A stretch of 64,000 bases of DNA from Octopus vulgaris (taxonomy: Eukaryota): the NCBI GenBank assembly GCA_951406725.2, contig OX597836.1, positions 15,810,001 to 15,874,000 of the forward strand, written 5' to 3'. This document shows positions 27,149 to 39,320 of the stretch, one piece after another; position 1 is the first letter of the stretch; each line of letters begins with the position of its first letter. Both the position numbers and the translations under genes were made by a program. Under the pieces are notes generated by a model. That model did not search any database and had not been told where the DNA came from. It saw nothing but the letters and a program-made list of their open reading frames with translations.

Positions 27149-27800
27149 TCCAACCCCATTACTCCTCTCTGACTAATGCTGTCTCTGTTATTTCAATGGT
27201 TGGAATCTGTCAATGAAACTACCTCTCAGCCAATCAGATACAGTTCACCACCACCACCCCCAGCACCTTATTAGCACTGTTGTTTTTGTCTTACCTGTGA
27301 GGGGGAGGGAGCAATATGGTGGGGGTGAGGGGTGTACTATAATGGATACATCTCTGTGTATCTTTCACACAGATGTATATATATACAAGTGTGAACAAGT
27401 GTCTATATGCAAGGTATATGTATGTATGCATGTATATGATATACACACATATATATATGTATATATATACACACACACAGATATATATGTATATATATAC
27501 ACACACACACATATGTATATATATATACACACACACACACATATATATGTATATACAAACACACACACATATGCATATATACACACACACACACATATGC
27601 ATATATACACACACACACATATGCATATATACACACACACATATGTATATATAAACACACACACGCACACACACATGTATATATACACACACACACATAT
27701 ATGTATATATATATACACACACACACATATATATACACACACACACGTATATATATATATACACACACACACGTATATATATATACACACACACACACAC

Positions 27801-27849
<49 letters not shown>

Positions 27850-28190
27850 AACTTGTATTTGTATTTGTATATATGTGTGCATATGCATATATATATTTAT
27901 TTGCGTGTGCATATGTTTATCATCATCATCATTCTAAAACGGATGTTAAAGGATGATGATGATGATGCACACACATTATATATATATATATATAAATATA
28001 AATATGCAGATACATATATATCATCATTTAATGTCTGCTTTCCATGCTGGCATGGGTATATAATTTATATATATATATACACACACACATATATATATAT
28101 ACACACACACACACATATATATATATACACACACACACACATATATATACACACACACACATATATATACACACACACACACATATATAT

Positions 28191-28221
<31 letters not shown>

Positions 28222-28658
28222 TATATACACACACACACACACACATATATATACACACACACACATATATACACACACACACATATATATATACACACAC
28301 ACACACATATATATATATAAATTAAAGTGCATACACACACATAAAACAAACATAGACGTGTGTGTATGTATGTGTGTGTGTGTGTGTCAGAAGTAATAAG
28401 GATCATAAACCAACACTTAAAGGATTCATGGAACTCACCAGGGGGGAGTGGTGGTGGGATTGAAGCAGAGAGAAACAGGTGAAATAGAAAGACAATAGTC
28501 AATACACACACACCTGTGTGTGTGTGTGTGTGTGTGGAGGTTACATCAGGTATTCATTTCTGGATGCAAAAATGGGAGTGGTGCACAAAACAGCCTTGCA
28601 TGCTGGCAAGGTGTACCTGTATGTTTGTGTGCCTGTGTTAATAACCTATGTGTGTGTT

Positions 28659-28710
<52 letters not shown>

Positions 28711-28780
28711 GACATATATACATATATGCATACACACAATTTATGCATTTATGTGTGTATATATATATATATATATACAT

Positions 28781-28834
<54 letters not shown>

Positions 28835-29013
28835 ACATACATACATATATATATACATACACACAATTTATGCATTTATGTGTGTGTATATATACATACA
28901 TATATATACATACATACATATATATATACACACATATATATACATATATGCATACTCACACTATGTATGTGTGTATGTATATATATATACACACATTTAT
29001 ATACATATATACA

Positions 29014-29062
<49 letters not shown>

Positions 29063-29776
29063 GTATATATGTGTGCATTCGCACATGCACAAAGATGTGT
29101 GTGTAGAGAGAGTGAGACAATGACAGACAGACAGACAGACAGAAGGTCCATGTTTTCACAAACAAGAATGACTCAGTGATTGTGTTGTTATTTCTGACTC
29201 ATGGTGTGGTGTAGATAACCTGGATGTTGGTGTTGTTGTTTAAGAGATGTGGATACTTTTGTTGTTACGGTAGTCATGACGCTGTGGTGGTGGCGTTGGT
29301 GGTGGTGGATTTTGTTGTATTGGCGGTTGTTCCAATAGTGGTGATGCTGACAGTGATGGCAGTATTGTGATTGTTGTTGTTGCTGTTGTAGTTGTTACTA
29401 TAGTGATGATGATGTTGCTGTTGTGGTTAAGATTAAGGTAGAGTAGAGGTAATGTTACTGTGGTAGTGTTGTGCTTATGTTGTTGCTGTTGTTTTTATTT
29501 AACCCCAAGCCAACCACGAATCAGCAAACTTATAATCAAAAACAATCTGGCCATGACCATCTAGCTTAGTTTTCTCTCCATATACCATCATCATCATCAT
29601 AGGCACAGGCGTGGCTGTGAGGTAAGTAGCTTGCTTATGAACCACATGGTTCCGGGTTCAGTTCCACTGCGTGGCACCTTTGGCAAGTGTCTTCTACTAC
29701 AGCCTCAGGCTGACCAAAGCCTTGTGAGTGGATTTGGTAGATGGAAACTGAAAGAAGCCTGTCGTGTGTGTGTGTG

Positions 29777-29811
<35 letters not shown>

Positions 29812-32800
29812 TTGTACCCCAACAACTGCTTGACAACCAATGTTGGTGTGTTTATGTCCCTGTAAGCTAGCAGTTTGGCAAAAGAGAGTGAAAGAATAAG
29901 CCCTGGGGTCAATTTCTTTGACTAGAACCCTTTTAAGGCGGTGCTCCAGCATGGCCACAATCAAATGACTGGAACAAGTAAAAGAATAAAAGAACACCAT
30001 CATCATCATGACATGTGGAGAGAAAAATAAGCTAGATGGTCATAGTTGGATTGTTTTTGATTATAAGTTTGTTGATCCAGGGTTGGCTTGGCATTATATT
30101 GAATGTTACATTACACAAAAAGGCCTTAGATACCATTTTTGAAACAGTACCAATGTACCTCATTGCTGAGGTTCTAACTGATGTACCTTCATTGTTGGGG
30201 TACCAACAGATGTACCTCACTGTAGAATGATACTTACCTGTAAGATAAGAGAGAGGGCAGTGAAGTAACAATGAGGTACTTCATTGCTCCCACCCACCTA
30301 CTTTACCCCACTGCATCATCATCATCATTTAGCGTCCGTTTTCCATGCTAGCATGGGTTGGACGGTTCAACTGGGGTCTGGGAAGCCAGGAGGCTGCACC
30401 AGGCCCAGTTTGATCTAGAAACATTGCCAGATCAGACTGGGCCTGGTGCAGCCTTCTGGCTTCCCAGACCCCAGTTGAACCGTCCAACCCATGCTAGCAT
30501 GGAAAGCAGACGCTAAACGATGATGATGATGCAGTGGGGTGATGTGGGTGGGTTGAAACAAAAATGAGTAGTACCTTGTACTCAGATGTACTCACCTTTG
30601 AGTTGGAGGACTTCATCCAATGTAAAATCTGGGGCTGCAAAGATAAAATATAAATAAAAACGAGGCAGAGTTAGGATTATAGATGGGGGCAGATGAAGGA
30701 AAGTTGTGGAGGCTAGGGGTGAGAGAATGTGAAATGGGTGAGAGGAAGGGAGGGAGAAGGCAAGAGAAAATGACGGGGAAAGTGGGAGAAGAGTGAAGGT
30801 AACACAGGTGGAGGAGACAGTAGGGCAAAGGGGTTAGATGTGCTAAAGCTGTTCTCACGATTGGTACTTTTATTTTATCGACCTCTGAAAAACGAAAGGA
30901 TTTGAACTCAGAATATAAATGCTTGGAACAAATACTGCAAGGCATTTTATTTGATGTTCTAACGATTCCAATAATCCATGCCCACCCCTACTGCGAGTCC
31001 AGTATTTTGCTTCGACTGGCCTCCGTGTCGGTGACATGTAAAATGCACCATCCGATTGTGGCCGTTGCCAGCCACGTCTGGCCCCTGTGCCGGTGGCATG
31101 TAAAAAGCACCATCCGATCATGGCCGTTTGCCAGCCTTGCCAGCCTCGTCTGGCACTTGTGCAGGTGGCACGTAAAAAGCACCCACTACACTCATGGAGT
31201 GGTTGGCATTAGGAAGGGCATTCAGCCGTAGAAACACTGCCAGATCAGACTGGAGCCTGGTGCACCCTTCTGGCTTCCCAGGTCCCTGGTCGAACTGTCC
31301 AACTCATGCTAGCATGGAAAACGGACGTTAAACGATGATGATGATGATGACCCCTGAAAGATGAAAAGCAAAGCTGACCTCAATAAGATTTGAACTTCAA
31401 GACCCCGGTCAAATCCTACAAGTCTTTAACACAAACCACTGTTGATATTAACAGAAAGTAAGATGGAGAGAGCTGGCAAAATCGTTAACATGCCAGGCAA
31501 ATTGCTTACTCTTTTTACTCTTTTACTTGTTTCAGTCATTTGACTGTGGCCATGCTGGAGCACTGCATTTAGTCGAGAAAATCGACCCCAGCACTTATTC
31601 TTTCGGTCTGTTTTGCCGAACCGCTAAGTTACAGGGACGTAGACACACCAGCATCGGTTGGCAAGAGATGTTGTGGGGGCAAACACAGATACACAAACAC
31701 ATACACACACACATATATATATACATATATAATGATGTGCTGTTTTCAGGTTCCGTCTACCAAATCCACTCACAAGGCTTTGTTCGTCTCAAAGGCTATA
31801 GTAGAAGACACCTGCCCAAGGAGCCACGCAGTGGGACTGAACCTGGAACCATGCGGTTCGTAAGCAAGCTACTTACCACGCAGCCACTCCTATACCTACA
31901 TATATATATATAATATATACACACACACACATCATATAATCTGCCTTTCACTCTGAGAGAGGGGTCATTTGTTACCAGCAGCAGTAGGAGCTCTTTGAAC
32001 TTTGCCCAGCCTAATCTTATTCTCACAGATATGCTCTTGGAGCGTCCACCTCTGCTATTAACTTGGTCACCTAGATAACAGAAGCTATCTGCTACCTCTA
32101 GCTTATACCCCTGACAGTTAATGGAGTCTATTTTCTGTACATCTTCAGTGTTTATTGTACCTGTGCATCTTCCACACATAAAAGCTATTTTCCCTGTTAA
32201 CTTTCCTGATATTGCTGCGCTTCTTATGTAACCAAAACTTACACTGGGTGCTGCATCTTATGATGCTTCTACCTATGCCTTTTCTACAGATCAACCAGGG
32301 CCATCTACCTGAAGGGTTTTGTGATTTGTCTGCTTTTCTTATTTCTTTATACCCCCAAATGGGGCTAAACATAAAGGGGACAAACAAGGACAGACAAAGG
32401 TATTAAGTCGATTATATCGACCCCAGTGCATAACTGCTACTTAATTTATCGACCCTGAAAGGATGAAAGGCAAAGTCGACCTTGGCGGAATTTGAACTCA
32501 GAACGTAATGGCAGACGAAATACTGTTAAGCATTTTGCCTGGTGTGCTAACGTTTCTGCCAGCTTGCCGCCTTTTGTCTGCCTTTCTACTAACTAAGACT
32601 TTGAGATATACACACACACATCATAAAAAGAAAATTAAATAATTACCATTACTATTAGCCCCATATTCCTCATCTGTGAAGCCAGATATCTCCATTTGTG
32701 CCAGGGCTACAAACTTGGTGGATAGCTGAGTTAGTTCCTCGATAACAAGTGCAAGGTCAGCAGAGTTTAGTTGAAAAGATGCACTGTCTTCACAGATTTT

Positions 32801-32841
32801 TTCCTGTAAACATAAAACAAAACAATCATCAGAACAACCAT

Positions 32842-32877
<36 letters not shown>

Positions 32878-33246
32878 TAGTAATGCAATACTAGAGTATC
32901 ACCTTCCAGTAAAGAATAGCACGTGAGGGAAAAATACACAAAGTAGTAAATATGTGGTAACATCGTAGATTTTGTCATGGTATATGCTTGGCTGATGAAG
33001 ATAGAACAAGATTATGGGTGGAAGACATATCTTGTAAAATCTGAAACCTGCAGGTCCCACATTATCCTTTTCCAGGTATTTCATCTTTCAGATGTTCTCC
33101 CTGGAGGGAAGACAATTTTTCTAGTTTGTTGCACACACGCATTTTTGCTAATACATACGCGGTGAAGCTATACATTAACGTCGTATTATTACGTTTGCTA
33201 TTTCCAGTAAATATCGGTACTTGGTTGTGCCATATATTTACTACTT

Positions 33247-33279
<33 letters not shown>

Positions 33280-34695
33280 CCATCAAACATTGGGCGTCAC
33301 AGAGGCAACGACTACTGACCGGGACCTCTGGAAATATGCTGCGCTTGAGAAGACTTGGCAAGCACGAGTGAAACCATAACCTTGTGGTCTATGCCAGGGG
33401 TGTAACCAGCCCATTTATGCGTGCCTTTCCTTCATTGGACACTAAACTCTGCTTGCGAAGACCAGTTGAGGCAAGTGAAATTGAAGTCGGAATCAAACTC
33501 GGTTGTGAAGACCTGTTGAGGCACTTGAAATCGAAATCAAACTCGGTGACTGGCATCCGTTGCTAGTGGAGCGCTAAGAGTACCATACGAGTGAGATTAT
33601 TGCTGGAGCAACAAGCTGGTCTTTACGTTCTGAGTTCAAATGCTACCAAAGTTGACTCTGTCTTTCACGCATCTGGGGTTGATAATACAAGTACCAGTTA
33701 AGCACTCAGGTCAACATAGCCGACTTACTCCCAAAGTCGACCTCAGTGGAATTTGAACTCAGAACGTAGGGATGGATCAAATGCCACTAAGCATTTTGTT
33801 CAGCATGCGAACCAAAATAATAATATTGGGTTGTCCAGAAAGTTTGTGCCGATTTATAGTAGCTTACTTTTTGACTTATTCTAGAACATGGTTGTCAAGT
33901 GATGTTGGGGGGACAAACACAGACACACAAACATATACACACATACATACATATAGATATATATACATATATACGACAGGCTTCTTTCAGTTTCCATCTA
34001 CCAAAACCACTCACAAGGCTTTGGTCGGCCCAAGGCTATAGTAGAAGACACTTGCCCAATATGCTACGCAGTGGGACTGAACCCAGAACCATGTGGTTGA
34101 TAAGCAAGCTACTTACCACACAGCCACGTCTACGCCTATGAGAGAAAGTTGGGGCAAAAGAGTACAACAGGGGTTGCCACCACCCCCTGCCAGAACCTCG
34201 TGGAGCTTTTCAGGTGTTTTCACTCAATAAACACACACAATGCCTGGTCTGGGAATCGAAACCGCGATCCTCTGACCGCAAGTCTGCTGCCTTAACCACT
34301 GGGCCATTGCGCCTCCACAGGTTAATGATGAAATAAATGTCATGAAGAGAAGAACTTACCAAATTGTGTGCTTCATCAAATATAATGATGTTGCCTTCCA
34401 ATTCGATGCCATTTGACTTGCGAGACTGAAAAAACAAAGAAACCAGAACACTTTAAGAATCCTTCACGCAAGATTTTGTTCGACTGAACCCTTTCAGGTG
34501 GTGTCGCAGTATGGTTGCAGTCCAATGACTGAAACAAGCAAAGGAGAGAATCAAAATAACACAAAAATAAATTAAAAGAAAAAGAAAACTATAAGAAAAC
34601 CTTTCTTACCTTTGGGTCAAGTAGATAGTTGTATGGCATAAATATTATATCTGCATCCTTCTTGAGATCGATTGATAGGTAATAGGGGCACAATC

Positions 34696-34736
<41 letters not shown>

Positions 34737-37700
34737 CTGATTGGAAGTGTTATGTACATTGTTTTGTCTTGGTATAAAAGAAGGGCTACAGCAAATATTC
34801 TGCTCAATGCCACAGATTTGCTTGTCAGTTGTTTGACCTTAACCAGTTGAGCATGTCCCTTAGTGGCTGATGATATGTGCATCTCTGATCACGAGCAGAA
34901 GTAGTGGGAGAGCATCATAGCCATGTGTTGAGAGGAATTCTTTGGGGTTTGGATAATTCATGACTGGAAACATGGGTGTTTCGTTCAACATCCTTAAACA
35001 ACCCTTATTCAGGGACCTTTTGAGCGGGATGGGTTACTCGACCAGAAGAAAATTCTAACTGGGCCCCACCTGCAAGGTCATGTGCTGTTTATCTTGATAT
35101 GAGATCACCATGTCGTGCACATATGGTTGTGATGCATGTGCCTAGTGTACCCTTATCAGACGGGTAGTCATGATGGGTATACTGGGCTTCGTATATTTTA
35201 CCCCACTGTCACTTTGATGATATGCACTGCTCTCTCACTCAATAATAATAATAATTTCGTTTTTGTACTTGGTTTGTTGCAAGATTCTTTATGTGAATAC
35301 ATGTCTTGAAGCATATTTTGTTGTGTCGGGAGAGCCATTCTTTTTTAGTGTCTTATTTAACACACTCACCGGTTTGATTTCCACTCGCTGGAAATTGAAC
35401 CAGTGAGTGTGTTAAATAATAAGGAACTAAAGGAGAATGACTCTTCCCAGACAAAACAAAATAATAATAATCCTTTCTACTATAGGCACAAAGCCTAAAA
35501 TTTTGGGGGAAGGTTCTAGGTTCAGTCCCATTGCATGGCACCATGAGCAAGTGCCTCCTATTATAGTCTCAAGCTGACCAAAGCCTTGTGAGTGGAGACG
35601 GAAACTGAAAGAAGCCTGTCGTATCTACATCTACGTGTGTGTGTGTGTGTGTATGTCATTGGGTCTGTGTTTGTTCCCCACCACCACTTGACAACCAGTG
35701 TTGGTGTGTTTACATCCCCATCACTCAACAGTTTGGTAAAAAGAGATCAACAGACTAAATGCTAGGCTTAAAGAAAAAAACAGTACTGGGGTCAAATCAT
35801 TTGACTAAAATTGTTCAAGGCAGTGCCCCAGTATGCCACAGTCTAATGACTGAAACAAGTAAAGAATAAAAGATACATGTGTGTATGTAATTATGATAAC
35901 TAAAAGATGAAGATCAATTAACACTAATTAAGGGATAGAGAAACCAAGTGAAAATCAATTAACACAAAGGAGTACTTTACTTGCGCTGGAGCCCAATATT
36001 AACTAGGTCTTCAATATCCACAATGTTGCCAGATGTCTGTCGAGGGTCACCCTTCTTCTTCAATTCTGAAAATGGCAAAAACAGAGCAGTGAGAGTGGAG
36101 AGAGAGAGAGACAGACAGACAGAGAGTGAGAGAGAACTGAGTTTATATTTTTACTTATTCTTAAAACCTCCCCTCATTCTCCCTTGATGGTGTTCTCTGG
36201 ATAAGCAGGCCTACGATTAAAGATATTCATGATACAACCATCCTATCTTAACCTTTTAGCTTTTTTATTTACTCTGTTAAATGTTATGCTAATTAATTCA
36301 CATTGTCTTGAATTAATCATGCATTATCTTGTAGCTTTGAGATCTCAATGGAGTGATTATCTTATTTTAAAAACGATATTGTGGTGTAGGTGTGAGGAAA
36401 AAAGTAAAAAAAAATTTCCTTTTTAAGTCATACCAACTTATAAGGGATGGTTTCTCAGTTTCCATGGCGTTTGAATTACCCACCTGGATGGGACGGCAGT
36501 CCTTCACAGGATTACTCGCTTTTGCCAGCTGAGTAAATTGGAGCAACACAAAATGAAGTGTTTTGCTTACGAACACAACACATCACCTGGTCCCGGAAGT
36601 GAAACCACAATCTTACGATCATGAGTCCAACACCCAAAGCACTAAGCCACAGGCCTCCACGACAGGTGTCAGAGGCTTGATCTGGCCTGTTTGAGTATAA
36701 AACAGGCAGAATATTTCGGCTGGATATGGTTGGTTTAATTCTCTGGCATTCAGATTGCTCTGTCAAATGTAATTTCATTTATTTACATTGTTTTGGATTA
36801 ATTACAGATTATCTTATAGCTCTGAGTGTTTGATGATGTAATTAGTTTATTTTTAGAATGACCTTGTAGGATATGTGTGAGAGGCAGGATCTAGCTGGTT
36901 TGAACATAAGTCTAACTGAAAATGATAAGCCAGGGAGCCGTACCAAGCCCCAGCCTGCTTTGGCCTAGTTTCTACATCTGGATGCCCTTCCTAATACCAA
37001 CAACTCCATAGAGTGAACTAGGTGCCTCTTACATGTCACTGATATGAGTGCCTTTTATGTGCCACTGATGCTAGCCATGGCTACCATGGCTATGATTTCT
37101 CTTGGCTTGACTGCCAAGCATCCAAATCCCTTGTCATCAATTCTGTGAGACATAACATTTGAAGATCACGCTTAACCACCTTGATCCATGTCTTCCTGGA
37201 TCCTATTCTTCTACAGGTTCCCTCCACAATTATAAATCACCGCTTCTTTATGCAGCTATCCTCGTCCCTACTATAACATCAGTCTGAGCAATGTCACTCA
37301 ACAGAGAAAAACGGTGTGCATTTTATAGTGCTTGGTGCCATGAAAATGCACCCAGGGCACTCTGTAAAATGGTTAGATAAATAAATGAAGCAAAAATCAT
37401 AGTCAAGGTCACTATGGTGTGGTGGATGACATGGCCATCCCTCTAGTGCTGGTGCTATGATAAAACACTCCCAGTATACATGGGAGTGCAGTAAAGTTCC
37501 TGGCTTTCAAACAAAGAAAATACAGGAGGGATCATGAAATCATGATTTTATTCAACATATTCCCCTCTCAGATTCACACACTTATTGCAGTGGTCCTTCA
37601 GATTTCCTAAGCCCTGTGAAAGAACTTGGAAGGCCTGAAACGAAGAACTTTTCAGCACCCCCTCATACTTTGTATAGTGGTTGGTGTTAGAGACCATGGC

Positions 37701-39285
37701 AAAACTGAGATATCTATAGTAGTGGAATTGTGATCTCTCAATGCACAGAAGTGACCTGGAGAGACTCAATTTAGTTCTCGATTTCTTGAAAATACTCCCC
37801 TTCCACTTTTCTTTGTGATTTTCTAACAAATACTGCAAAGATTATCTTTCTTTCTCCAACTAAGTGGTAAATTCAAATTCATAAAGTTGGGTTTCTTTCT
37901 TCTTTTTTTTTGCACACATCATTCTGTACATCAACTTCTACCTGATGTATCTTAATCCAGGACATGGGATTACTCATTTCAGTTATTTATCCTTAATTCA
38001 ATTTCATTAGAACTGGTGATGATGATGATGATGATTCCATATAATGAAGGAAAGAGGGAAGGAAAAACTCACCATCAAAGTTGTTGTAATAGTGACATGT
38101 CCGGTTGTTCACCTTAGCTCGACACATTAACACCTGGATGGACAAAATAAAAGGGAAGATGTACATACATATTCAGGGTGTCCCAGAATTAACTACAGAT
38201 AGTTAAGTCTGGGACACCCTGTGTGTGTATATATATATATGTATGTATGTGAATATATGTGTGAGTAATATTCATAACACGTCCCTGTACCGAGGTGCAG
38301 GGGGGCTATGAAGGCACTTGGCATCAACACCAATTCCTGGGAGGATCTCGCAGCCGATCAAACCAGCTGGAGAGGCAGCCGTTCAAGAATTTGGACCTGG
38401 AGATCTCCATTTCCAGCGACTTCAAGGGCCACCTCCCAGTGGTGTTGGGCATCAACGAAGAGCCCTCGACTACAACAAGATGACCAAAGTTTCTTTTTTT
38501 TTTCCAAGGTCTGGGGTCTCCCACCCCTAGACCATCACCTAACCACCCTTACTCGTCTTGTTACTTAACAACAACAAAGCTGGAGAGGCACTCTTCACAA
38601 ACAACTGCAGACCGGCAAAGAGGATTTGAGGGTGGCAGCAGCTGAAAACTGAGCCCACAGAAAAGAAATGACAGCCAACAGACCGGATTCAACGTATAGG
38701 TGTGACCTCTGCAAACGAGACTGCCACTCTCGCATCCGTCTCTACAACCACAGGAGGCATTGCAAAAACTGAATAGACAACTCAACGGACGGTTGACATC
38801 ATCCATGGTCAGCCATGACCGACGGAGGCCCTACAATATTCGTAAAACAGACTTGGAGCCTGGGCAGCCTCTTCAGGTGGCCACCTCCTGTCAAACCATC
38901 CAATCCATGCCAGCATTGAAAACAGACATTAAATGATGACATGTGCGCACGTGTGTGTGTGTGTGTGTATGTATATATATCATTGTGATCACCATGACCG
39001 ACCAGGCTTTCTGATGTTGCTACACATCGCTGGTCACAATGCGCTTCGCATTGTTTTAGCCTTCGAATGACGCCACCCCGCTGGCTAAGCGAGCAGGCCA
39101 ACAGAAGAAAGAACGAGAGAAAGTTGTGGCGAAAGAGTACAGCAGGGATCGCCACCAGCCCCTGCCGGAGCCTCGTGGAGCTTTAGGTGTTTTTGTTCAA
39201 TAAACACTCACAACGCCTGGTCTGGGAATCGAAACCGCGACCCTACGACCGCAAGTCTGCTGCCCTAACCGCTGGGCCATTGCGC

Positions 39286-39320
<35 letters not shown>

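Noticed and set aside
21222-29179. Many long CV/YI/HT-rich ORFs (also 49016-55552)
   Set aside because: Dinucleotide microsatellite translations
33820-33890. mariner-like terminal sequence TATTGGGTTGTCCAGAAAG
   Set aside because: Single short end with no partner TIR
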